Shown here piece by piece: positions 41,262 through 51,215 of a stretch of 64,000 nt of DNA. Under the pieces are notes generated by a model. That model did no database searches and had not been told where the DNA came from. It was given only the letters and a program-made list of their open reading frames with translations. Source of the DNA: Candidatus Latescibacterota bacterium (GTDB lineage Bacteria; Latescibacterota; UBA2968; UBA8231); contig OZ253462.1 in the NCBI GenBank assembly GCA_965261395.1, positions 5,216,001 to 5,280,000 on the forward strand. Reading direction: 5' to 3'. Position 1 is the stretch's first letter. Each line of letters starts with the position of its first letter. Position numbers and translations under genes: made by a program.

Positions 41262-41936
41262 CTAGTCCCTCAGTAGGATGTTCTGCTCCTTCAGGCTCTG
41301 GATTAGTTGGCTAAATTTAGGCACCAATCGGATCACGATACGTCGGTTAGGGGACTGTTCATCCTTTGTTCCGGTTAGAACAACCAGCTCTCGCTCGCCT
41401 AAGCCAACCGGGACGATATCAAAATTTTCCCAAGTGAAGCCGACCTGCTCCCAATAGTCCACTATAGTTTGAGATCGTTTCAGGGATAGACTGCGGTTGT
41501 ATTCCTTCTCGCCGTAACTGTCGGTGTGACCCTCTACCACAATACTGAACAATTTACTGTCTTTTTTTTCTATAAACTGCTTTAATTTTTGACCTATTCG
41601 CCTGAGCCGATTTTGCCCTTCGACGGGAATATCATCCAGATCGGATTCATTAAAAGAGAACAAGATATCACTACGCATCACAATAGTACCCTCTTCCACG
41701 ACGACGTCTTCCCCCCCCATAAATTCCTCTAACTCATCGAGATCTTTCTCTATCTTACCCACCAACTCTTCTAGCGTCCGCAGACGGCTCAGATCCACAT
41801 AATTTTTGATCACCATCACGACGAGAAAAAAAGTGACGCAAATGAAAATAGCCGTGATTGCGTCCGTGAAAGAAGGCCAGAAATTGAGCCCACTATGGCT
41901 ACTGTGATTCCTTTTCATCCAGGGCTGCTTTCCCAA
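41262..41936 (-). CDS. MotB/OmpA-domain protein (ZorB-like)
   Basis: FWPSFTD + TM helix (conserved Asp), ILF, VEGHTD, NRSLSLKRS, NRRIVI peptidoglycan-binding motifs. Confidence 0.85.
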   Translation of the reverse strand: MGKQPWMKRNHSSHSGLNFWPSFTDAITAIFICVTFFLVVMVIKNYVDLSRLRTLEELVGKIEKDLDELEEFMGGEDVVVEEGTIVMRSDILFSFNESDLDDIPVEGQNRLRRIGQKLKQFIEKKDSKLFSIVVEGHTDSYGEKEYNRSLSLKRSQTIVDYWEQVGFTWENFDIVPVGLGERELVVLTGTKDEQSPNRRIVIRLVPKFSQLIQSLKEQNILLRD

Positions 41937-41957
41937 GCATTCAGCCGATGGGCCTGA

Positions 41958-43631
41958 CTATTCCTTGCTATTTTTCTTGAATAATCGACGAATCCAACCC
42001 CAATTTCTTCGCGGTCGTACGGTTACAACTTGCGGCGATTTCGCCATGCCGTCCAACTGTTTTTCTATAGCCTGCGCCGTCGCATGCATGTCTTCAAGCT
42101 GGGGGATTACCTGATCGATAGCTTTCAGTACTTGGAGATCCTCGTCCGTTTTTTTGAACCCTTGATTGATGGCTCCTACCATTTGATCTAGCTGGTTCTG
42201 CAACGCCCCTGTCGCTTTGCTCAATCCCTGTAGATCTTGGCGAAGCCCTTCCAAGCCATCTTGTACAGGTTGGTTAGCCCGTTCAAACGCTTCGCCTTGT
42301 TCCTTACCCAATCTTTGCAGATCTTGGCGAAGCCCTTCCAAGCCATCTTGTACAGGTTGGTTAGCCCGTTCAAACGCTTCGCCTTGTTCCTTGAGGCCAT
42401 TACTGACAGCACTGAGCAGGTTCTGGATATTCGTGAAATGGGGACGATAATCTGTGTCATTCAATCCTCTTATCGTCTCTAGAGTCTCCGCTAGGCCGTT
42501 TCCTAGAATCTCTATTCGCTCCTCAAATAACTTGGATTGTTTGTCTATCCGCTCATCAAAGGCTTGAAACTGTCGGGCCATCAGTCGCTCGCTCTCCTTG
42601 AGCATAGTATCGACGCTGTTCTTGAGCGCATTCAGAGGCCAGCTTAGCCGCTCAAAGTTCTCGATGTGTCGAGAAAACTCTATAGCCGCTCTCATTATTT
42701 TTTCCGCCCCCGCAGCTACCGTATCCTTGTGCTGCTCAAAAATCTCCGCGCTCTTCAGACTGGCCTCGCTACTTTCCTTGAGCTTCGTGCCGCTCTCTTC
42801 TATAAGTAAGACCATGCGGGCGTTACTATTGACAATCTCCTTGAGTCTTTTGTCTAAGTATTCGGAAAGAGCAGTGAAATACTTATCGTATAGGTCGTTT
42901 ACTGTTCGAGTAAAGGCGTGACTCAAGCGCAACTGAGGAGGGATTACAGCAAACTTGGGAGCGATCTTCGCGTTGAAGCACTCTTCCATGTTTGCCAATA
43001 ATGTGTTCCTACTGTGGAGTAGTGGGCTGTACAGAGCATTGAGGATTAAGGTGGAAAAAAGTCCTATTATACTGGTAATGAACGCCAGCGGCATCCCGCT
43101 TACGGACTGTCCTAATCCTTCTAGGATGGTACTAAATACATCCTCTATTTTTACCTCTTGGCTCAACGTCGGTGAAATCTGCGCTCCTTGGATAATACCT
43201 GGGATAGGTATGACCACGATTATTAAACCAACGAATGTGCCCAGTAGGCCCAATAGAATGAGGCTGCTGGTAAGTGAGCGGAATGCTTCGTCGTACCGGG
43301 CGAGTTCGTGTTCGATAGAGCCGATAAGACCGTCTACATCTGGAGCTTTATTTTGCCGGTATAAGGCCCTAAAATGTTCGAGCCAACGGACGGCTAGAGG
43401 ATGCTGAGCTTTCTTAAAAACTTCGGGAGATTGCTCAGTCTCTTCCTCCATATTGAAATTAGGATTGCTTTTCTCCCATCTCTCCATAGCATGCAATCCG
43501 CTGCGATATCGCCGCGTTTCTCTGCATCCTTGGACAAATAGGACAAGTGCAACTAGACCGACCAAGATAATGAGAACGATAAAAACGTCCCGAATCTGAT
43601 CGCTGTTTTGGGCTAAAAAGTCTAAACTCAT
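41958..43631 (-). CDS. MotA/ExbB-like membrane protein with long coiled-coil tail (ZorA-like)
   Basis: Three TM helices, LGLLGTFVGL and AFITSIIG motifs, then ~330 aa heptad-rich tail. Confidence 0.8.
   Translation of the reverse strand: MSLDFLAQNSDQIRDVFIVLIILVGLVALVLFVQGCRETRRYRSGLHAMERWEKSNPNFNMEEETEQSPEVFKKAQHPLAVRWLEHFRALYRQNKAPDVDGLIGSIEHELARYDEAFRSLTSSLILLGLLGTFVGLIIVVIPIPGIIQGAQISPTLSQEVKIEDVFSTILEGLGQSVSGMPLAFITSIIGLFSTLILNALYSPLLHSRNTLLANMEECFNAKIAPKFAVIPPQLRLSHAFTRTVNDLYDKYFTALSEYLDKRLKEIVNSNARMVLLIEESGTKLKESSEASLKSAEIFEQHKDTVAAGAEKIMRAAIEFSRHIENFERLSWPLNALKNSVDTMLKESERLMARQFQAFDERIDKQSKLFEERIEILGNGLAETLETIRGLNDTDYRPHFTNIQNLLSAVSNGLKEQGEAFERANQPVQDGLEGLRQDLQRLGKEQGEAFERANQPVQDGLEGLRQDLQGLSKATGALQNQLDQMVGAINQGFKKTDEDLQVLKAIDQVIPQLEDMHATAQAIEKQLDGMAKSPQVVTVRPRRNWGWIRRLFKKNSKE
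42232..42392 (-). repeat. In-frame tandem duplication (87-bp period) in the ZorA-like tail
   Basis: 74 nt identical at 42232-42305 and 42319-42392; KEQGEAFERANQPVQDGLEGLRQDLQ occurs twice. Confidence 0.95.
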
Positions 43632-43688
43632 GGGAGAGGATTTCTCTGCTGTAGTTACAATTCAGTCACAGGACAGGCACCCTTTTAC

Positions 43689-44639
43689 TCATTTCGCTAG
43701 CAAAATCCCGGACTTAACAATTACCTCAGTTCCCCGACGTAATCCAGGTGTAACAAATCGAATCACTTGACCGCGGCCTACCTGAGAATCTTCTCGCTCA
43801 TCGGAAATTTGGTGATCTTCTGGCGAGTATTTGTCCCCTTGCTCTGGCCAAATCAACTCAAAGTCGCGTTCTTGGGCAAATCTTTCCAATTTTGCGGGTT
43901 TCTGTTCTAGCGATTTTTCTTTGCCATCCAACTGTTTGATTAAACCGATCAGTGCAGAATCCCACGGACTGCTACAACTGTCTATCTTAGCTTGGATCGT
44001 CGTCCATTGATCTTTGAGAGCCGATCCCTCCGATATAAAAGAGACAAAATCCAATTTATTCACTGCCTCTTTGATCTTTTTGATGTCCTCGTCAATGGTC
44101 TCGGCATACTGTATCGACGGCATACTCTTTTCAGGTTCTAGTGGCAGTTCGTCGAGCATTTCTCGGAAACGATCTCGGGTATTTGTAATCTTTGAGTATT
44201 TTTTCATCCATTCTTCGGCAGCATCCCGTACTTCTTCTTGGAATGATCTTAGTCTCTTTTCCACATCAACCTCTAGCTTTTGCAGCTCTTGAAACTTGGT
44301 GTTGATAGGGATAGACTGGTAGAGATCTGCGTAATCGTCGTAGGAGGCTTGTATATTGTCGTGGAACTTTGTCAGCTTTTTTCTGAAGTTACTCAAATCG
44401 TTCAAAAACATGCCAACTTTCTTCACAAAGCTCTCTTCCGCTCCATCGAAGCCCTTGGCTACATCGAGGATATCCGAGAAGACGAGGCTGCCGAGATCGC
44501 CCTTGTGTAGTTTCTCGCGGATATGTCTTGTCTTATCGACCATTTCTCGCAGACCTTGGAGTTCTTTCTCCCAGCAGGCAACCTCGCTGCCTAGCGCGTC
44601 AACCTTTTCTTGAAATTCTGCCATTGATACCTTACCCAT
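43689..44639 (-). CDS. Coiled-coil protein with GrpE-like C-terminal head
   Basis: Long helical N-terminus; C-terminal I.P..GDKYSP..H...GQVIRFVTPGL..G..VIVKSG resembles GrpE. Confidence 0.6.
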   Translation of the reverse strand: MGKVSMAEFQEKVDALGSEVACWEKELQGLREMVDKTRHIREKLHKGDLGSLVFSDILDVAKGFDGAEESFVKKVGMFLNDLSNFRKKLTKFHDNIQASYDDYADLYQSIPINTKFQELQKLEVDVEKRLRSFQEEVRDAAEEWMKKYSKITNTRDRFREMLDELPLEPEKSMPSIQYAETIDEDIKKIKEAVNKLDFVSFISEGSALKDQWTTIQAKIDSCSSPWDSALIGLIKQLDGKEKSLEQKPAKLERFAQERDFELIWPEQGDKYSPEDHQISDEREDSQVGRGQVIRFVTPGLRRGTEVIVKSGILLAK

Positions 44640-44706
44640 TTAATGTTTTGCTGATCTTTACTTTTAGTGTCTTACCTGAATCTATCTCATAAATGCCATT
44701 GATACC

Positions 44707-44829
44707 GTAGGGACCGATTTATGAGATGCTTCGACTCGGCTGCGCGGAGTTTATCTTGAGCGAAGCCGAAAGGCTCAGCATGACAGGGGCTAGCTCGGTC
44801 CGTGCTTATCATGCTGAGCGTAGCGAAAC
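44707..44829. repeat. REP-like intergenic palindromic element
   Basis: GATGCTTCGACTC...GCTCAGCATGA...TCATGCTGAGCGTAGCGAA; 11-bp IR at 44773-44783 / 44809-44819. Confidence 0.65.
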
Positions 44830-44864
44830 TTCCTGTCAGGTGCATTGGCATTGCTACAAGGCAT

Positions 44865-47800
44865 TCAACTGTAGTTAAAGTTCTTGCATTCCAAGTATTC
44901 ACCATAGATTTCTTCAAAATCACTTCCATCCTTTTTCTGCCCTACCGCGAAATTGTAATAGAGCCGACCGAGATTGTTTTCATCGCCTCGAAGCTCGAGC
45001 TTGTACTGCCAATAAGCGATCTGCCGAAAAGCCCTGTCCTCTATGTCCTCTAGCGGTATGGGAATATCCGCTACTTTATGCCGATCTGCTCTCCGATTTT
45101 TGTAGTTCCAATCGAAGAATTCGTACAGTGAGATCTGAGAAAGTCGATCCTTAGAGAAAACCTTGCTCGTATAGGGATGTACCTCTCCCTTATTTAGGGA
45201 AATCCAACGATCGAAAATGGGCCTGAAGCCTCGCATTGGATTGTAGGAACCTATCGGATAATTTAGCTTGTGTATCCCGAAGACTTGAAATCTGAACTCT
45301 GGATCGCGTTGAGACATGCCGTAAATAGCCGCTCCCGAAGCTACGCTCGCCTTCAAGTCATTATTGGAGCCTGCCTCTGAAAGAGCAGGGTCAGAAAACT
45401 TTTTAGCCTGTATCTCCTCTGAGGCGACTTCTTGCACAATCGGCAACTTGGACGAATTGCCGGCCAAGATCAGATGATCCAGCCGCATTTCTGATATAAT
45501 CCCCCGATCATAAAGTTCCTTCTGCATCATAGCTAGTTTTTTGAAACCCTGTTTCAATTCTCGGCTGAACACCGAGCGAATAGCCTCGTACTTCATAGGG
45601 CTAAGTTCCTCCGGCAAGGCTTCGTCCTTGTCCTTGATGCTGCGCTTTAATCCCTCCGTGACTTGAAATACATCGCCCCCATCCGGGCTGACCAATTCAA
45701 TTTTGGGCCACTTTAGTTCCTCGTCACTGGCTAGCAGGTCCAGCAATCCCTTATCTCTTGTCTTTTGTAGTTCCTCGTAGCGTTTTTGGGAAAAACATTC
45801 GTCGAACAACTCATAGCTCTTGCTGTTTGTCTTGATCCTCTCAGCTAACTGATAGAGGTGCAGAAAGTTCCTTTTCACACTGGTATCTTGGGTGCGTAAG
45901 CCATCTCGCAGATCTTTTGCAAAGGGATAGCGACTGCGGTACTGTTCCGGGACGAGTTCCTCGTAGAAGTATTTAGCCAAGTGAAATGTCAGCAGGTTCC
46001 CTCCCAGCAGATTGTCGCCATCGGAACCGAGAATTTTCACTTGCACTTCATTATCATCGCTAGTGTAACGTACGATAGACATATCGGTCGTTCCCCCACC
46101 GCAGTCGAATACCCCAATGATCTGTTCATCTCCCGGATTATCCTCCCCGAGCTTCCACACATAATACACCGCAATAGCTTCAGGTTCACTAATAGCTAGA
46201 TCTCGGTCGAACTTAATGTCGTGATCCTGCAAAGCCTGTTCGACCGCGTTCTGCAGAGCCTGTTTTTGGCGATTGAATATCGCCGGATAAGTTAGTACGA
46301 CCTCGCTAGGTGAATACCCGGATTCTCCGATGAAGTGCTCTACCATAAACCGGAGATAAATAGCTACTTGGTCCACCGGAGTCAGGCTGATATGCCGCCT
46401 ATTTATAGAGGGATGTCCATTGATCAAGATACCTTCCGACATCCCGGTAGAAATATAGAAATTCTGATCGTCGGGTTGGCTGAGAGCGTATTTGAAACTC
46501 CAGCAGATACTGCTCATAAAGTTCCAGAACTCATTGACGTCATTATTGTTATTGAGCGAAAGGTCATTCATCTGCCGAAATGGCTGACGACCAAAGCGCA
46601 TGATGGCTTCCTCGTTCTCGGTTGCAACCAAGTGATGCTCATTCGGCTCCAGAGAGTGGGTCAGTTCCAAACGTTCCGTTTTATTATTTATTGCCAGAAG
46701 CTGAAAGACAGTCGGTATTTCGACGCGAGGTTCATCGCTCTCGAGGTCTGCCAAGTGAGGCATCTCTCCATCTTCAACATAATAAGCCAAGCAGGAATTG
46801 GTTGTCCCAAAATCGATGCCAATGGGATAATCTAACGGTTTGGGAGGAATAACCTCGACAGGGAGCGAAAACCTCTCTTCGAACGCCGGATCTTCCGCTT
46901 CTATATCCTCAGCCTCTCCCTTGACTATGATCTCGGGTTCAAAATGCTTTGATTCTGTTGTCTGCGGGATATCGATAGTCTTCACTTGCAACTGCAACTG
47001 GAGATTCAGCACACTCTCCTCATCAGCACCCGCCGCTGCACTCTGAGAGTCAAGGAGGGCCTTCCTTGGGGGGTCAACGACCTGTAGCCAAGGCGTATCG
47101 CTGGTCACGCTATTTATGCGTAGTGGTGCGCCCCGTAAGTGCGTAATGGTGGCACTCACCTCTTTCGGTCTTCGACTTCCGCTGATAAGTGCCGTATCAC
47201 CGGATAAACTCAGCGGATTGAAGTCCAGCTTGAGCACCGGCTGACGAGTGTACTTTAGATTGAGACGAAATTCGACGTCACCTATGTTCTGGATGGGAAA
47301 AACGAGATGTACAGGATGTCCTTCTTCAGACAGATCTTGATGTCGGGTGAGCTCTACCGAAAAGGCTTTGTATGGGGCCAAGCGGAAGGGATAGTTTACC
47401 TCGTTTTCCAGCACCGCCACTTGCTCTTCCTGGGACAGACGGGGACACTTTCCCAAGACCACTTCGCTTGTAGCGTGCAGGGCCAGATTGTGCCTCCAGG
47501 CTTTCTCATTCACCGGCCACAACTGTGCGCCGTCAGTGCCTTGGTCAAACTCCCGCCCCTGCTCGTCAGCCAGCCAGATTCGGGGAGCCTTTTGGACCCG
47601 ATAATGAAATGAAATCGGTGACACCGTGGAGTGCAGGATCAACCGCTCCCGTTGGCCGTGAGACTCGGCATGCAGCCGACGTATTTCTATTGCTTCCCCT
47701 AGATCCAAGGAGACGGGCCAATTCGCTTCCGAAACCCATGCTCCCCATTCTACTCCATCGAGACGTTCCAGTTTCACGGGTATTTTCCCGGTATTCTCGA

Positions 47801-47996
47801 ACCGCATGATGACTGGAAAGCCTTCGAAAAGCGTCAACGACTCAACGGGCTTGGGAGATACCTCTAGACGGGCGAGTTGAGTCCCGCAACTGCTGCAAAA
47901 GATGATTCGGCTTCCACAAGGCCACTGACAAACAGGACAAGCACCCATCGCCTTATCGACCCGCTCTTGACTCGCTTCCCTAGGCATTGGCACCAT
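44865..47996 (-). CDS. Atypical Hsp70/actin-fold ATPase with N-terminal Zn ribbon and Ig-like region
   Basis: CPVC...FCSSCG; GIDFGTTNS, LTYPA.F, SEPEAIA, FDCGGGTTD, LGGN, LAGNSSKLP, VASGAA; 1043 aa. Confidence 0.85.
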   Translation of the reverse strand: MVPMPREASQERVDKAMGACPVCQWPCGSRIIFCSSCGTQLARLEVSPKPVESLTLFEGFPVIMRFENTGKIPVKLERLDGVEWGAWVSEANWPVSLDLGEAIEIRRLHAESHGQRERLILHSTVSPISFHYRVQKAPRIWLADEQGREFDQGTDGAQLWPVNEKAWRHNLALHATSEVVLGKCPRLSQEEQVAVLENEVNYPFRLAPYKAFSVELTRHQDLSEEGHPVHLVFPIQNIGDVEFRLNLKYTRQPVLKLDFNPLSLSGDTALISGSRRPKEVSATITHLRGAPLRINSVTSDTPWLQVVDPPRKALLDSQSAAAGADEESVLNLQLQLQVKTIDIPQTTESKHFEPEIIVKGEAEDIEAEDPAFEERFSLPVEVIPPKPLDYPIGIDFGTTNSCLAYYVEDGEMPHLADLESDEPRVEIPTVFQLLAINNKTERLELTHSLEPNEHHLVATENEEAIMRFGRQPFRQMNDLSLNNNNDVNEFWNFMSSICWSFKYALSQPDDQNFYISTGMSEGILINGHPSINRRHISLTPVDQVAIYLRFMVEHFIGESGYSPSEVVLTYPAIFNRQKQALQNAVEQALQDHDIKFDRDLAISEPEAIAVYYVWKLGEDNPGDEQIIGVFDCGGGTTDMSIVRYTSDDNEVQVKILGSDGDNLLGGNLLTFHLAKYFYEELVPEQYRSRYPFAKDLRDGLRTQDTSVKRNFLHLYQLAERIKTNSKSYELFDECFSQKRYEELQKTRDKGLLDLLASDEELKWPKIELVSPDGGDVFQVTEGLKRSIKDKDEALPEELSPMKYEAIRSVFSRELKQGFKKLAMMQKELYDRGIISEMRLDHLILAGNSSKLPIVQEVASEEIQAKKFSDPALSEAGSNNDLKASVASGAAIYGMSQRDPEFRFQVFGIHKLNYPIGSYNPMRGFRPIFDRWISLNKGEVHPYTSKVFSKDRLSQISLYEFFDWNYKNRRADRHKVADIPIPLEDIEDRAFRQIAYWQYKLELRGDENNLGRLYYNFAVGQKKDGSDFEEIYGEYLECKNFNYS

Positions 47997-50030
47997 CCAT
48001 CACATATATATCGTCTTTGCAGTGAGGATCGCTATAGTCTAGGGGTTTGGCAAAACCATCTTTGTTCTGCAAGTGTTTGCCGATACGGTCGTCCAATTCG
48101 CTGTCGCTAATGCCCAAGCGCTGCTGCACATCCTTGAAATTCTCTTTGAAAGCCTTGATAAGCAAACTGTGGAACAAGTCATCCACATTCACACTCTGGC
48201 CGTCTATTACAACTCTTCTTTTGGGATATACCTCACTCACTAGATGGCTTTGGAGGGCCAAGTACTGCTCAAAAACGAGGCCATTGCCATCCGATTTCCA
48301 GTTATCCCAAATCTTTTGCACCGCTTGGCGCAGCCTATTTCGTTTCTCCCGGTCTCGGGCCAAACTCCGGCGTGCCACCTCGATATTGGGTCCGTAATCG
48401 TCCGTGTGCTTTAGGCCCTGTTCTTGGTAAGTTCGGTAGAATCCCCGTCTGTCAAAAGTCACTACCTCGAGTAAGATACCATCAATGAGCGGCTGTAGGG
48501 CATCCACTAGCATCCGCGCTTCTTGGTCGTCCCTAGGCGGTAGTATCTCCGGATATTTGATATAGTCTTTGGTCATGTACCGACGGAATACATTCTGCGG
48601 CACTCTAAGGTTGTTTTCGTATGCTCTGTGCAGCTTCCTCAAATTGTCGATAGCGAACAGAGGAAAGGCCATCCATTGACTGACAAATATCACCGAATCG
48701 GGGGCGTGATACTCCGCTTTGTATCCTCCCACGTTTTGGTCGACTAGCTCCTCCCACCTTTTTTCATTTGGGGGAAGTCCTATGGTTTTCCGAGTGTGGT
48801 TCGACATACCCTGCGGGGCAGGTTTCAACTCGGACATCCGCGCTTCGGCTAGCCGTGCTCGTTTCTGCATCTCCTCTTTCTCGTTATGTTTCTGATTTTG
48901 CAACTCTTGAACGGCGTTTCTATCGGCATAGAACTCCTTAAATAGGTCAAACGCGAACCGACTCAGTGAATCCTCTACCTCTTCCCAATCACGAGGGGCA
49001 TTGTTCTTATTCGCCGAGCGATTGAAAATAATGCGGGTACAATCTCGTATGGCATCGATCTCTGTCCCTTCGAGATTAGCGTACTCAGCAAACAGCGGCT
49101 TGGCTTCTTCCGAGCGGAAATACCTCCTCAAAATATCTTGCAAAATTTCCTTGAAACCGGCACCTGTCAGTCCTCTTTTTTCGAGCTCCTTCCTTATTGC
49201 CTCCTCATAGTTAAGTTCGGGCATGAGACTGAGGTTGCGTACACTAGGCATCCGCTTTCTATAAGAATTATGGAACCCCTCAAATCGGCTAGCCAGATCT
49301 TGGAGATGTTTTTGAAATTCCTCTACCTTGGCCAGCAAACCGCTGAATTCCACATGGAGTTCACCATCTGCACCCCGGACTTCGGTCTGTTGGCCGACAA
49401 AGCCGATCATATTGTCAAGCAAGCCCTTTTCCTGCACCCGTCCCCCGGAATTGGGATTGAGCAGACGCCCAGCCGCTTCCTTCTCATAGCGAGTGGTGAC
49501 CCATTCCTTGAGTTGCTTCTCGACAGCCTTCACCTGCTGCACCAGATTACGGGTGATAAGCTCGGCGTTCTGCTTAAGGGATTGCTTTTTGCGTCCTTTG
49601 TAATGGTTGATAGCAATGCGTTTAGTTGAGAAGGCAAAGGGCATCTCCTCCCTAGCCGCTTTTAGGCGAGCCTCGTATTTCTCGTAATCTTCGGTAAATT
49701 CGATTTCGAGCGGCGGTGCCTCTAGTGCTTCTATGTCCTGATTCTCCCTAGCCTGCAATTCCTCTTTGATGCGCTCCAGTTCGCGGACGGCGATCTTCAG
49801 CCACTCAACCATAAACTTGGGGCCGAAATTCAAGGGGTCGCACAATAATTCAAGACACTCATCCTCTACCCGCTTTTCGAGCTTGGGACGATCCAAGCCG
49901 ATATTTTCCAGGATCTGCGTCACACCATCGCCCTTTTTGGTGCCTTGCTGTAACAGTCTTTCCCCTACTCGTTCCTTCACCTCGCGGACTAATCTACCCA
50001 TATCCTGCCGCGTTTTTTCCACTAGGTGAT
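47980..50030 (-). pseudogene. C-terminal part of the tubulin-like protein, separated by the IS
   Basis: Rejoins ...QKDLDHL|VEKTRQDM in frame after removing the IS and one TSD; largely helical. Confidence 0.85.
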
Positions 50031-51215
50031 GGCTTTGGTGCATGAATTGGTGTTTTTTTCGGTTGATCGGTTGAATAAAAACAGGCTCCTCAGTAGATTG
50101 AGCACGACTTTCGCCAAAAAACCCATGCTTTCTCGTCCAAGGAACCTGTCATGGCCAACCTATCGTCTTGCCCCTCTTCCGTCAAGCCTGGTCGCTCGCC
50201 TCGCCGTCGCTCCAACGTCGTGTACCGGGTACGTAATTGGGCCGACTATGAGGCCGGGCTGCAACAGCGCGGTAGTCTGACGGTGTGGTTCACGCCCCAG
50301 GCCGTCGAAGCTTGGTATTATCAAGGGCCGCCTCAGCGGGGGGCGCAATATACCTTTTCGGAGGTCGCCATCCAAACGGCGTTGACGCTGCGTCTTTTGT
50401 ATCACTTGCCCCTACGCCAAACCGAGGGGTTTGTCGCTTCGGTGTTGGCCCTGATGGGCTTGGATCTGCGGGTGCCCGATCACACGACCCTGTCGCGCCG
50501 TCAGGCGGGTTTAGCCGTGGCGTGGCCGCCCCAGCGGGGAGACCAACCGATGCACTTGGTGGTGGATTCGACCGGGCTGAAAGTGTATGGCGAAGGCGAA
50601 TGGAAGGTGCGTCAGCACGGCTGGAGCAAGCGGCGCACGTGGCGCAAATTGCACCTCGGGGTTAATGAAGCCACCGGCGAGATCGTCGCGCAGACCTTGA
50701 CGACGAATAGCCACGATGATGCGGGGCAGGTGGAGCCGTTGCTGGCACAGATCGAGGCCCCCGTGGAGGCGTTGGGCGGCGATGGGGCCTATGACAAACG
50801 CAAGGTGTTCAAGGCGTTGGCCGCGCCCGAGCAGGGGGCACCTATTCATCCGATCATTCCGCCGCGCAAGGACGCCAAAATCGAGCAACATGGCAACACC
50901 AACGCCGAGCCGTTGCCCCGCGATGAGACGATTCGAGCCATCCGCAAACGGGGCCGTCGAGGTTGGAAACACGAGAGCGGCTATCATCGACGCTCGGTAG
51001 CCGAAACGCAGATAGGCCGCTACAAACAGATACTTGGTGACACCTTGCGCACCCGAACCCTAACCAACCAACAGACCGAAGCGCGGTTGGGCTGTGCCTT
51101 GCTCAACCGGATGCGGGCGTTGGCGAAACCTGAGTCCTATCCGCTAACCAAAAAAGCGTAAATCACACGCGAAAGAAGCCAACACGGCCCCGACCGGTTT
51201 TCATGCAACAAAGCC
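50031..51215 (+). mobile_element. IS5 family (IS903 group) element, copy 2, 1185 bp
   Basis: Same IRs and transposase as 10574-11758; 9-bp TSD CTAGGTGAT at 50022-50030 and 51216-51224. Confidence 0.95.
50151..51161 (+). CDS. IS5 family DDE transposase
   Basis: Protein identical to 10694..11704. Confidence 0.95.
   Translation: MANLSSCPSSVKPGRSPRRRSNVVYRVRNWADYEAGLQQRGSLTVWFTPQAVEAWYYQGPPQRGAQYTFSEVAIQTALTLRLLYHLPLRQTEGFVASVLALMGLDLRVPDHTTLSRRQAGLAVAWPPQRGDQPMHLVVDSTGLKVYGEGEWKVRQHGWSKRRTWRKLHLGVNEATGEIVAQTLTTNSHDDAGQVEPLLAQIEAPVEALGGDGAYDKRKVFKALAAPEQGAPIHPIIPPRKDAKIEQHGNTNAEPLPRDETIRAIRKRGRRGWKHESGYHRRSVAETQIGRYKQILGDTLRTRTLTNQQTEARLGCALLNRMRALAKPESYPLTKKA

Noticed and set aside
42232-42392. 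Possible CRISPR array
   Set aside because: Only two units, in frame within a CDS, and no cas genes; no CRISPR array was seen anywhere in the window.
44687-44929. 80-aa ORF (…CHAEPFGFAQDKLR…)
   Set aside because: It is a translation of the REP-like repeat and overlaps the Hsp70 gene.
41262-47996. Housekeeping flagellar motAB or dnaK-grpE
   Set aside because: Domain architectures are atypical, and no flagellar, dnaJ or hrcA genes are nearby.
10574-51215. Composite transposon bounded by the two IS copies
   Set aside because: Each copy has its own matching 9-bp TSD on both sides, so they are independent insertions.
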